Shown here: in pieces, positions 9,412 to 18,169 of the stretch | Layout: each line of letters opens with the position of its first letter | How positions within the stretch are numbered: position 1 is the first letter of the stretch | DNA from: a virus | Taxonomy: Duplodnaviria; Heunggongvirae; Uroviricota; Caudoviricetes | Length of the DNA: 64,000 bases | Direction: 5' to 3' (one strand) | IMG/VR virus record: IMGVR_UViG_3300048091_000424 | Notes under the pieces: generated by a model | Databases searched by the model: none | The model's input: the letters and a program-made list of their open reading frames with translations, nothing else | What the model was told of the DNA's origin: nothing | Program-made: the position numbers and the translations under genes

Positions 9412-9819
9412 CTACTCGATTGGCTTGGGCTTGGGCTTGGGTTTTGGCTTGCGCTTGGGCGTGCGTTCCTCACGTAGGTGATATTTCAAGTCCGTTTGGC
9501 GAGCGGCCACCAGCGCTGACAAAATTTCGGCATAGGTAAGTTTGTACTCGGTAATCACATCAACCAATTCATCGCCGACCTTCGTCGCCACGCTGGGCAG
9601 GGTAAATGTGGTTTTATCGAGGTCTTTCCAGGCGCTGCAAGCGTTCTTGATCGATAGATCATCGATGGAGGCGAGAATCCAAAACCGTTCAATCTGGTTA
9701 GAGATCATATACCCCTGATCGTAAGTCTCGACTTCCTTGATAGCCATGGCCTCTGCCCACTTCAAGCCGAAAATGCCGGAGGCCCGACTATGCAATCTTA
9801 TCCGTGAGTCAATTTCCAT
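9412..9819 (-). CDS. Hypothetical protein with C-terminal (KP)n tail
   Basis: 135-aa ORF ending RKPKPKPKPKPKPIE. Confidence 0.55.
   Translation of the reverse strand: MEIDSRIRLHSRASGIFGLKWAEAMAIKEVETYDQGYMISNQIERFWILASIDDLSIKNACSAWKDLDKTTFTLPSVATKVGDELVDVITEYKLTYAEILSALVAARQTDLKYHLREERTPKRKPKPKPKPKPIE
9421..9460. repeat. Imperfect hexanucleotide repeat (GGCTTG)n encoding the KP tail
   Basis: tggcttgggcttgggcttgggttttggcttgcgcttgggc read directly. Confidence 0.7.
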
Positions 9820-9949
9820 CGAGTTCTTCCGCGTGAGTTATGAGGTGGACTGTATGGTCGAATTGCCATCAAGTATTCAGACAAAATGCCGGGAAATCAA
9901 CCACGACTCAACCGTCACCCCCTACCAGCACCGCTCCACTGATACAGAA

Positions 9950-9976
9950 AACAAAAAAGCACCCCGAGAGGTGCTT
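9950..9976 (-). terminator. Rho-independent terminator for 9997..10389
   Basis: On the minus strand, a GCACC/GGTGC hairpin followed by TTTTTT. Confidence 0.75.
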
Positions 9977-9996
9977 TGGCTGAAGCGATGCCGGCC

Positions 9997-10389
9997 TTAC
10001 TGCTCAGGGCTGAGCGCTTTGGCCTTTTCAGCTTCCGATTTGTGCCTCATATAGGCGCTGGCCGCCTTGCTTTGCTGCTCGGGCGTGAGCATGCCCATGA
10101 CCCTGGTCTGGCGCTTTTTGGCGGCGTCCATATGCTCCTGGTTCATCGCAGCCTTGTCGTTGTCCGACAGCCTGCTAAGGTAGCGCATGTTAATTTCGTA
10201 GTGCGCCCGCATCTCTTCCTGGGTGGCGTCACTCAGAATCGAGGTTTGGTCATTGCTTAAACCCAGCTCTTGCTGAGCCTGCTGCACCATCTGAGCCGGG
10301 CTCGGAGCCCCGCCCTGGCCACCTTGGGCGGCCAACGCCAAGGACGGGACAGCCATGGACAGTGCAACGGCAAGCAGAACATTTTTCAT
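9997..10389 (-). CDS. Secreted LTXXQ-motif (CpxP/Spy-like) periplasmic protein
   Basis: Signal peptide MKNVLLAVALSMAVPSLALA; LTPEQQ and LSNDQT motifs; helical charged composition. Confidence 0.55.
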   Translation of the reverse strand: MKNVLLAVALSMAVPSLALAAQGGQGGAPSPAQMVQQAQQELGLSNDQTSILSDATQEEMRAHYEINMRYLSRLSDNDKAAMNQEHMDAAKKRQTRVMGMLTPEQQSKAASAYMRHKSEAEKAKALSPEQ

Positions 10390-10499
10390 GAAATACTCCT
10401 CAATGAATGTTGATCAATATGCTAGTCAGCATCTTCAATCGGTTCAAATGGTTAGATGTAAACGTTCGGTAAATTAAACACTGACGGGCAAAAACATTG

Positions 10500-10528
10500 T
10501 TTACAAATTGACAAAAGCATCATAGTAT
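10500..10528 (+). promoter_or_regulatory. Sigma70-like promoter TTTACA-N17-TAGTAT upstream of the sigma factor gene
   Basis: Hexamers and spacing read directly; 67 nt upstream of ATG 10595. Confidence 0.5.
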
Positions 10529-10594
10529 TTAGCCATCAACGTGCACCGAGAGATCATCGTGATCAACCCTGTCGTCGCCAAGGAAGCCAGCCCT

Positions 10595-11353
10595 ATGTCC
10601 ACTGAACCATACCTGCGGCCTGATCGCGACGACGTCCTGCAGAAGCTGGAAAGTTACCAGCAAACTGGCTGCCAGAAAACCCTGGCATGGCTGCTGAACG
10701 AACACCGGGACATGTGTTACAGCATCGCCTACCGGTACGATCATCGGTTTGAAGTGGACGATACCTTTCAGGACTGCATGGAAATTCTGATTCATGCCAT
10801 CCGGGATCACGATTTGACCGGGTCGTACCCATTCTTTTCGTACGCCTACACCCGCGTATCCCGTGAGGTTGCTCGCAAGAAAATCCGCCAATGGTCGATT
10901 GTCAGTGTTCCGGACAACCGAGAGCTACTAAAGGTCTTTCGCAAGGTCAACAAAATGGGGATTCCGGCTTACCCGTCAGATGCTAAAGCCAAAGAAGTCG
11001 CCGAAATTCTTGATGTCAAGGTTGAGTACGTTTTCGCCGCTGCGGCGCTTTACTATAAAAAACCGATGTCTCTGGACAGCGGCACTCATAGCGACGTGGT
11101 GAGGTCAACGCTCTATGACGATTCATGCTCTCCTGAGCGAATTGTAAGTGAGCAGGATTTTGAGGCCAAACGTACCGAACTCGCTCAGAGGATGATCGGT
11201 CGACTGAACGAGCGAGAGGCTCTGGTCATCCAGCTGCGACACTTGAACGAGCCACCTTTGAAGTTGCGTGAGGTCGGCGAAGAGCTGGGCATTACCGCAG
11301 CGCGTGTGCAGCAGATCGAAACCAAGGCCATGAAGATGATGATGGCGGCTTGA
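10595..11353 (+). CDS. RNA polymerase sigma-70 family factor
   Basis: ATG at 10595 after AAGGAAG; region-2-like FQDCMEILIHAIRDHD...FFSYAYTRVSREV; region-4.2 HTH LREVGEELGITAARVQQIETKAMKMM. Confidence 0.85.
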   Translation: MSTEPYLRPDRDDVLQKLESYQQTGCQKTLAWLLNEHRDMCYSIAYRYDHRFEVDDTFQDCMEILIHAIRDHDLTGSYPFFSYAYTRVSREVARKKIRQWSIVSVPDNRELLKVFRKVNKMGIPAYPSDAKAKEVAEILDVKVEYVFAAAALYYKKPMSLDSGTHSDVVRSTLYDDSCSPERIVSEQDFEAKRTELAQRMIGRLNEREALVIQLRHLNEPPLKLREVGEELGITAARVQQIETKAMKMMMAA

Positions 11354-11421
11354 CCGTCGGAGAAGACAGCAGGTCGACCAGAATGCCTGCTTCCCCTCCT
11401 TGTCTTTCCAGCGGCTTGCAG

Positions 11422-11440
11422 TGTCAATTTATGCTATAAT
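11422..11440 (+). promoter_or_regulatory. Recurrent motif TGTCAATTTA-N3-TATAAT (candidate element-specific promoter)
   Basis: Exact 10-mer plus -10-like hexamer, 29 nt upstream of ATG 11469. Confidence 0.5.
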
Positions 11441-11468
11441 TTGAGCAGTAAAAATCGAGGGTCTGATC

Positions 11469-12113
11469 ATGCTCGTTACCTCGCATCGCAATATTGAATT
11501 CACCATGGTGTGCGGGCACAAAGAGATTGTGTCTGACGCTATTCGCGGTTCTCGGCAGATGGCCGAGGAAAGGCGAAACCTGGCCAGCATGCTGTGCTCC
11601 ACATGCGTGAGGGTGCTTGAAGGCTGGCTTAAGGCCGATCATGGTCAGCAGGCCTACCCGATGGACTTCCCGGTGCTCAACGGCGCTTCGGATGCCCAGG
11701 TGAGGTTCGCCTCCGACATGCGCCTGAAAGAATTCAAGAAGTACGGCCCCATCATGCAAACCTTGAGCAAAGACAGCACCGAACTGGCCAAGTTTGCCTG
11801 GCGTGCCCTGTACATGTGCTTCATGGTCACCGATAGCCGCTACTGGCTGGACGAACGGAAGCGATTCAACCATCACGTTTGGGGCGGCGAGATCCAGCGC
11901 CTGATGAAGGAGCCTGGGTTCAGCGACCGTGTATCGTCGTCTTCGGCCTACGGTTTCTTTTACAACAGCCGCGCACGTGACTCGATCAGCTACTTCATGG
12001 CGATCAACCCGGCTTGCGATCTTCAGGGTAAAAACCTGCCATTGATGCGGTTCTGGACGAAGGAAATGTTCAAAACCACGGTGGAGGTAGAGGAAGACCG
12101 GCAGGCGAGTTGA
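11469..12113 (+). CDS. Hypothetical protein (214 aa)
   Basis: Protein-like ORF preceded by promoter motif; preferred over antisense ORF 11424..12194. Confidence 0.55.
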   Translation: MLVTSHRNIEFTMVCGHKEIVSDAIRGSRQMAEERRNLASMLCSTCVRVLEGWLKADHGQQAYPMDFPVLNGASDAQVRFASDMRLKEFKKYGPIMQTLSKDSTELAKFAWRALYMCFMVTDSRYWLDERKRFNHHVWGGEIQRLMKEPGFSDRVSSSSAYGFFYNSRARDSISYFMAINPACDLQGKNLPLMRFWTKEMFKTTVEVEEDRQAS

Positions 12114-12246
12114 AAGGTCGCCCCTTCCGCGCAGCGGGCTCGCTCCAAGGGATTGGAGCAATCTCCACGAACATTTCTGGCCAATTGACGGCATTCATAA
12201 TCAGCTGTAGATTTTGCGATCAAAATTGATTGAGGGGAATTTTTCG

Positions 12247-12642
12247 ATGTTTCGTCGTAAGCCAACATCCATCCACCCAGAACTCAACCGAGCTGCTGCC
12301 AAACGTGCCCGCACCTTCAACGTCGGCATGCTGAAAGTGGTAGCTATCGCAGTGGGTTCCTTGTTGGTCATTGGCGGAACGTGGGCCGTAGCCGAAATGA
12401 GCGCCTCAACGCCTGACCCGGCAAAGTTGCGCATGGCTGAACTCAAAGGGCGCTCTGTCGCCCATACGTTTATCATCGATGCCTACGAGCAGTGCATGGC
12501 GCCAAAAGATGCCAACCGCTACCGCTGCTTGAAGTCGACCGCTGACGCAGCCAAAACGAAGACCATGACCTCCTTCCAAATCATCGGGGTGTTCAAGGAC
12601 TACGGCATCAACATCAACGGCTCTGATTTCCCGGAAATCTAA
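12247..12642 (+). CDS. Small membrane-anchored protein, tandem paralogue A
   Basis: ATG 12247 after GAGGGG; one TM segment; AHTFIIDAYEQC...C block matches AHDQILTAYYQC...C in the next gene. Confidence 0.55.
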   Translation: MFRRKPTSIHPELNRAAAKRARTFNVGMLKVVAIAVGSLLVIGGTWAVAEMSASTPDPAKLRMAELKGRSVAHTFIIDAYEQCMAPKDANRYRCLKSTADAAKTKTMTSFQIIGVFKDYGININGSDFPEI

Positions 12643-12677
12643 GGCCAGTTGTACCTTTTGTGATTATGGAGAGTGGC

Positions 12678-13067
12678 ATGGACGAAACAAACGCTGCAGG
12701 AATCGAAACCACTGCCGTTAAGCACCCGGCGAAACTTCTGGACTGGAAGCCGAAGACCTTCGGGGACTTCCTGCTGGTCGGTGTCGGTGTACTGTTATTT
12801 GCCGGCTTGCTTTGGGCATACATTGCAGCAGGCCTTGATGGCGTCCGTACCCAGGAGCGCCTTGACGAGTTGAGGAGCCGATCACCCGCCCATGATCAGA
12901 TTCTGACGGCCTACTATCAGTGCACGGGGCGGATGCCGTCTGCACCCCTCTCCTGCCTTGGGTCTGTTTCCAAGGGTGCTGAGATGAGCGGGATCAAGCC
13001 TGAAGTGGTCAAGTCAGTGTTGGTCGACGCAGGAATTACGCCCCCATCCGAAGTCAAAGCCCCCTGA
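12678..13067 (+). CDS. Small membrane-anchored protein, tandem paralogue B
   Basis: ATG 12678 after GGAGAG; same architecture as 12247..12642. Confidence 0.55.
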   Translation: MDETNAAGIETTAVKHPAKLLDWKPKTFGDFLLVGVGVLLFAGLLWAYIAAGLDGVRTQERLDELRSRSPAHDQILTAYYQCTGRMPSAPLSCLGSVSKGAEMSGIKPEVVKSVLVDAGITPPSEVKAP

Positions 13068-13116
13068 ATGCTATCAGGGGCTCCGAGCAGAGCACCTGTG
13101 GAAAAGGAGATGAATC

Positions 13117-13467
13117 ATGCAAACGGACTACAACATAGGCGTAAAGCGCCTAAACGAGATCACCGCTTGCCAAAAATGCGGCAACAACGAGGTGAAGGAA
13201 AAACGCCAATGGGCATTGCACTCCTGCGGCCATTGGAACGAATCCGTTGAGTTCGTGTGCGGGGCTAAGTACGAATTCACGCCAAATTTCATGAAAGTCG
13301 GCCTGGCGAAAGTCTGCACCTACGACCCTGAATTCAAGGCTCGCCAGGAACTGACCACCTCCGTGAAGGCTGAGTTTTTTAAGCTGGCGGAGAAGCGCGG
13401 CATTCATCCAGAAGAGATGAAAAGCCTGAGGGACAAGCTCCAATACTGGTATCCCTCAAGCTGGTGA
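13117..13467 (+). CDS. Hypothetical Cys-rich (zinc-ribbon-like) protein
   Basis: AAGGAGA RBS; CQKCG ... HSCGHW ... C pattern. Confidence 0.55.
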   Translation: MQTDYNIGVKRLNEITACQKCGNNEVKEKRQWALHSCGHWNESVEFVCGAKYEFTPNFMKVGLAKVCTYDPEFKARQELTTSVKAEFFKLAEKRGIHPEEMKSLRDKLQYWYPSSW

Positions 13468-13470
13468 ACA

Positions 13471-15204
13471 CTAAAGGTAGGCTGACAACAGCGAGTCTAG
13501 GGGCTTTGAAACCTGGGCCTTAGCAACCTGAACCGTTTCGACAGGCTTCAGGTTGTAGTCGGCTGCCATGTCTTTGTAAACCGCAATCGATGCGTCGACA
13601 TCCGCTTGACTGGCAACCCCGGTGTACCTGGAGTAATGATTCTCCATCGTGGTGTGAATGTCCTCGGCCAATTTCATGGCCAACGGATCATCAGTGCGCT
13701 TGAACAGCATTTTCCTCGTCGCAGAAATCTCGCTCCACATCGCCTTCACTGCGGGTGTGAACATCGTATCCGAGTTAAGGCGCAACTCCCCAGGAAAATA
13801 GGTTCCATCCTTGGCCATGAAGTTCTTCTCCATAAGGAACTTGGCAATCTCCGGAATTTCTTCTTTGGTTTTCATATGGATCGCCGCAGGATCTATCTGC
13901 GGAAAAATCTCATCGAGTGCCCAAGCGGTTTTGTGCGCGTAGTCGTTTACCGTCGAGATTCGCATGGGGCGAATGAGGTCGGTGTACAAATCATTGGTGC
14001 CTGTTTCACGCATGTAATCCAGGCTGGCAACCAGGTCACCGAAGGTTTCCTCAAGGCTGCGTTGATAAGCCAGTTGCATATCAGACAGATCCCTGTCCCC
14101 AGCACCTGGTTGATCCAGCTGGAAGAAACAATGACCCCCTTCGTGTGATTTCATAAAGAAATCCCAAAGGTTTTTGTCTACTAGCATCTCCGGCATGTTG
14201 CTGAATTTGTAGAAATTACCGTCTTTTGTGACCGGGGCAATCTGGTGGTGGTGGACTATACAAAGTGCGCTCTCCGAGGCCTCACCAGGCTCAACCATTT
14301 GAGCTAGGCCTCCCACCTTGTCCGCTGTAAAACTGTCGATGGATTTCTGCAAGGTGTGATCACGGGCATAATTCTTAACCATCTGAATGCCGTCAAATTC
14401 GCCGAACTGGACAATCTTGCGTTCCGAGACCTTGTCCTTGGACAACACTGTTTCTATCGTTGGCCGCGATTGCAGGTCAACCAGACCAAATCCACTGGTG
14501 GTATTCGCAAACCCAGTGGCATAAATGCCGCCAAGAGTAATGCTGGCCAGCACCGCTGCCACCACCCCAAGCTTTAGACCCTTTTTCAGGTAAAGGGTCA
14601 GTGGCTTGTCCTTGAGTGCTTCCACGTCCACAGACGCCGGCGCCGAATCGACCATGGTCAGGAAGTCGCGGCTCTCTGCGCGGTTCTTGTCCACCCACTG
14701 TGATTCTGAAATTTCAGTTTTAACGCTGGTCAGCGACAGGCCTGGGTGGATTGAGGCACAAATTCTGCTGAAACCGCTGTTGAAGTGCTCCAGTGAACCG
14801 ATGTCGTGGCATGCACGCCTGGTCATTTCAACCAATCCGTCGCGAGCGTGCTCGCCGCCTAGCAACGACGTCAGGTCTTGCGCATACATCTCGCCCAGGT
14901 GATTGTTGATGCCACTGTGAAGCGGCTTATAGAGGCGCTCATTGTCGGTCAGCAGTGCACTGGTCAGCATCATGCCCTTTGACTTTGGGCTCAAAGCGTT
15001 CATGAACTCGAGTGATGGGTAGTTGATCTCGGGGTGACTTGCCGTAGCTGACAGGTCGACCAGGCTAGCCAAGACCGGTGAGTAGCCCGCCGAGTCGACG
15101 ACATCTTCAAGGCGAACCTGCCCAACCGCGTATCCGCTTAATGCACCCGACAAATGTAACTTCAGCGCTTCGTTAACCATGTTTTGGGATCTCCTTTCCG
15201 ACAT
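13471..15204 (-). CDS. Membrane-anchored protein with HExxH metalloprotease-type motif
   Basis: 577-aa ORF; one TM segment (LGVVAAVLASITLGGIYATGF); FMKSHEGGHCF contains H-E-x-x-H. Confidence 0.5.
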   Translation of the reverse strand: MSERRSQNMVNEALKLHLSGALSGYAVGQVRLEDVVDSAGYSPVLASLVDLSATASHPEINYPSLEFMNALSPKSKGMMLTSALLTDNERLYKPLHSGINNHLGEMYAQDLTSLLGGEHARDGLVEMTRRACHDIGSLEHFNSGFSRICASIHPGLSLTSVKTEISESQWVDKNRAESRDFLTMVDSAPASVDVEALKDKPLTLYLKKGLKLGVVAAVLASITLGGIYATGFANTTSGFGLVDLQSRPTIETVLSKDKVSERKIVQFGEFDGIQMVKNYARDHTLQKSIDSFTADKVGGLAQMVEPGEASESALCIVHHHQIAPVTKDGNFYKFSNMPEMLVDKNLWDFFMKSHEGGHCFFQLDQPGAGDRDLSDMQLAYQRSLEETFGDLVASLDYMRETGTNDLYTDLIRPMRISTVNDYAHKTAWALDEIFPQIDPAAIHMKTKEEIPEIAKFLMEKNFMAKDGTYFPGELRLNSDTMFTPAVKAMWSEISATRKMLFKRTDDPLAMKLAEDIHTTMENHYSRYTGVASQADVDASIAVYKDMAADYNLKPVETVQVAKAQVSKPLDSLLSAYL

Positions 15205-15260
15205 AATCTCATAGCCGCCTCATGTTGTTCAAAATCCTCGTTTGCATTACATAAAATGGT

Positions 15261-15279
15261 TGTCAATTTAGCCTATATG
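15261..15279 (+). promoter_or_regulatory. Recurrent motif TGTCAATTTA-N3-TATATG (TATAAT also at 15282)
   Basis: Exact 10-mer upstream of the RNA ligase gene. Confidence 0.45.
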
Positions 15280-15433
15280 CTTATAATGATGGCCATTCAT
15301 TCACCTAACCTTTTGCGAGTCGATCATTTGATCAATTCCATGACATTCGCCGGCAGGATCAACTGCCTCGTTTCAGCCTAGCGCCCTTCCCTCGCACATT
15401 TTTGCGGGCCCGGCGCCTGTAGAGATTGCGATC

Positions 15434-16462
15434 ATGAACACCCAATACCTTTTTGATGCCGAACAGTTCCGCGACGCCGTGTTCAAACGGGATCGACGTG
15501 TCTGTGTGTTTTGCTCGGCACCGGCTGAATCAGCCGCACACATCCTGGAATCCCAGCTGTGGGACGACGGCGGCCACTACCTGCAAAATGGCGCCAGCGT
15601 CTGCAGAGAGCACCGACTCGCTTTTGAAATGACACATCTGTTGCCTAAGCAAATTCGGATTGCTGCTCGTATCCCGGAAATACTGGTACCTCAGGACTAC
15701 TTTCCGACCACGCCCTATGACCACTGGGGCAACGAGATTTTGCACAATGGAATGCGTCTGCGCGGTGAGCTGTTTCTCGATGATAATGTCCAGCAGCTAC
15801 TGAGCCAGGGCCGCGTACTGGATCAGTTCACCTGGCAGGTGAAGTACCCAACCACCCCTCACCTACCATGGTCAGAAGGGATTCAGCGGGATGACCGCCT
15901 TCTGCGTGACGTGCTTCACTTCCTGGGTAAGCGCGTCGTCGTCACAATGAAGATGGATGGCGAAAACACCTCGCTTTACAGTGACTACATCCACGCTCGT
16001 TCGCTGGATTCAAGGCACCACGAATCTCGTGACTGGGTGAAAAACTTCTGGGCCAGATTCAAATGGCAAATCCCTGAAGGTTGGAGGATCTGCGGTGAAA
16101 ACCTGTTTGCCCAGCACTCGATCCGGTACAACGATCTGGTGAGCTACTTCAATGGCTTCTCGATCTGGAACGAACGCAACAAGGCGTTGGACTGGGATGA
16201 CACCCTGGGCTACTTCGACATCCTTGGGATCACCCCGGTCGAGGAAATCTACCGTGGCGTCTTTGACCAGAAGTTGATCCACACAGCCTACCTGGAAAAG
16301 TCAAAAGGCAAGGTGTGCGAAGGCTATGTCGTACGCGTGGAGGACGAGTTCGACTTCCGAGATTTCCGCCGTTCGGTGGCCAAGTTTGTCCGCAAAGACC
16401 ATGTGCAAACCAAAGATCACTGGATGACCAGTGAGATCATCCCCAACAAGCTGAAAGGTTGA
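15434..16462 (+). CDS. RNA ligase family protein with N-terminal HNH-like Cys/His module
   Basis: Nucleotidyltransferase motif I KMDGEN, CGEN, EGYVVR, KFVRKDH; N-terminus CVFC...AAHILE...GG...N...C..H resembles an HNH motif. Confidence 0.75.
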   Translation: MNTQYLFDAEQFRDAVFKRDRRVCVFCSAPAESAAHILESQLWDDGGHYLQNGASVCREHRLAFEMTHLLPKQIRIAARIPEILVPQDYFPTTPYDHWGNEILHNGMRLRGELFLDDNVQQLLSQGRVLDQFTWQVKYPTTPHLPWSEGIQRDDRLLRDVLHFLGKRVVVTMKMDGENTSLYSDYIHARSLDSRHHESRDWVKNFWARFKWQIPEGWRICGENLFAQHSIRYNDLVSYFNGFSIWNERNKALDWDDTLGYFDILGITPVEEIYRGVFDQKLIHTAYLEKSKGKVCEGYVVRVEDEFDFRDFRRSVAKFVRKDHVQTKDHWMTSEIIPNKLKG

Positions 16463-16576
16463 TCGCTGCACCACCAGCGGAGTTCGCTGCTTCGCTGTTT
16501 TCAGCGCCTGTTCCCTTGGACTTATTGCCATTAAATTGATATAAGATGGCATAACGAAATCACCAAGGATCTGGCC

Positions 16577-17983
16577 ATGTACATTCGCCCTAAACGCAAT
16601 CACCCTAACGCCGGCCCCCTGCTCACCCGCACCTTGATGCGCCGCGAGGGGTCGGCGTTTGATGCCGCGATTTTTCGTGACGACGGTGATCACTACGCTG
16701 AAGACATTAAGTTCGAGTATCTCCTCTACACGGTACCCTTCTGCCTTCAGCCTGCGTTATTTGGGATTTTTCTGGGCTTCTCCAAGCCGGCCATCACCCG
16801 ATTTTTGAGCCAGGCTGAAGTCAACCTGAGCGACATCGCAGGCCTGGCAACTGATGCGTTTGATCGCGCCGTCATGATTGCGGAAACCGGTGAAGAATTT
16901 ACCCTGTGGCAATTGCAGCGTTACCTGATCGAAGCCATGTCTGGTTGCCCGGTGCGAACCCACGCCATGATCAAGGAACTGCGGTCGAAAGAATTCAGCG
17001 GTAGCATCGGCGAGTCGCTGCTGCACTGTGAAGTACCCGCGTTGTGGGTTAGTAGCCGATTTGGTGGTGATGAGACCTTCACCATGCAGCGCCTACCAAA
17101 AAACATCAATCCAAACCTCTCTTACGAGAGCAATCTGGATATTCCCAATCACTCCTTTCCCGATCTTCTCCGTAGATCCGGTGTACTCAAAGATCAGTAC
17201 ATTCGCAAAGTCTTCGCCCTTCATGATTTCTACGAAGACCTGCTGATCAACCTCAGGGATGGGGAAGGATTAGCATTGCGCATCGTCAACAGCCTGGAGT
17301 TCCTCGATGACGATGAGGTCACCTCCTTTGCTTGGGGGCTGACCAATGCTGTGTTCATCCCAGACACCGACCGCATCGCGCCCCTGGGCGAAGAAAACAG
17401 TACCAATCCCCGTCCGTTGTTCCAGGTGCTGAAAACGCTGATCGAAGAGATGGAGTGCTTTGAGTCAGCCGACACGGTGACAGTAGCGCTCAACTACCTG
17501 CCAGCCGATTACATCGGCAACATTGACCGTGTGCAAGCGGACGAGCTCTACGCTCCTCTCCACGACTTCACCACGGTACTCAATCGTTTCTGTGAGGAAC
17601 TGCTAGAGCTTAATCCACTGGACTTCACCTTGGCCCATTTCACAGCCATGTCGAAGCTGCGCAATTTCCATTTTGCGGACTTCGAGCGGCCACGCCTGAG
17701 TAACACCTGCGTGCTGAGGCACGTAGCCTCCGCCGTTAAAGCTTTCAAGCCTTTTTTCAGCGAGGCGCCGACGCCGAAATGGGAAATCGACAAGCTGGTC
17801 GTGGCTTGCTGGAGGGACTTTGCTGACTTGTTCCGCGAGAAAGATTTTCGCCTCCTGTATGACGCGTCAGAGTTCATCTCCTCTGCGGTGCTCCCTATGA
17901 ACATGATCATGGAATATGACCGAAAATTCCCTGATCTGTGCGAGGATGACAAGAAAATATTGGCACGCTTCGAGGCACTTTAG
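16577..17983 (+). CDS. Hypothetical protein (468 aa), probable divergent relative of the tail family with degenerate C-terminus
   Basis: AAGGA RBS; C-terminal third resembles 48..557 (DFTLAHFTAMSK); ends ILARFEAL instead of FxxDLGL. Confidence 0.6.
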   Translation: MYIRPKRNHPNAGPLLTRTLMRREGSAFDAAIFRDDGDHYAEDIKFEYLLYTVPFCLQPALFGIFLGFSKPAITRFLSQAEVNLSDIAGLATDAFDRAVMIAETGEEFTLWQLQRYLIEAMSGCPVRTHAMIKELRSKEFSGSIGESLLHCEVPALWVSSRFGGDETFTMQRLPKNINPNLSYESNLDIPNHSFPDLLRRSGVLKDQYIRKVFALHDFYEDLLINLRDGEGLALRIVNSLEFLDDDEVTSFAWGLTNAVFIPDTDRIAPLGEENSTNPRPLFQVLKTLIEEMECFESADTVTVALNYLPADYIGNIDRVQADELYAPLHDFTTVLNRFCEELLELNPLDFTLAHFTAMSKLRNFHFADFERPRLSNTCVLRHVASAVKAFKPFFSEAPTPKWEIDKLVVACWRDFADLFREKDFRLLYDASEFISSAVLPMNMIMEYDRKFPDLCEDDKKILARFEAL

Positions 17984-18143
17984 ATCCTTTGAACTTGGGG
18001 TTTTCCACGTGCACAAGGATGAGCAGTGGATCACCTTCGAGGTCATTCAGGAGGATCTGAAGGGTCGCTGAGATACCGATGTGTATTATCTTGATTCCTG
18101 TATACAGCTAAACACAGAATAATATGAAATTCATATGAAGTTA

Positions 18144-18169
18144 ATAGGATAATAATATTATTATCCTAT
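18144..18169. promoter_or_regulatory. Perfect 26-bp palindrome ATAGGATAATAATATTATTATCCTAT (operator-like)
   Basis: Self-complementary by direct reading; a half-site copy ATAGGATTAAAAAATATTAT lies at about 18253..18272 next to TTGACC-N17-TACCAT. Confidence 0.6.

Noticed and set aside
11424-12194. Long antisense or overlapping track ORFs. Examples: 11424..12194(-), 5236..5976(-), 45265..45894(-), 49107..49715(+), 58877..59944(+), 59508..60119(+), 61692..62255(-), 28036..28665(-), 21393..21878(-), 25090..25560(-), 13606..14148(+)
   Set aside because: Each lies opposite a gene with recognisable motifs or better protein-like composition. Their translations are R/G/H/V-rich with low complexity, as is typical of shadow frames, and they lack RBS or promoter context.
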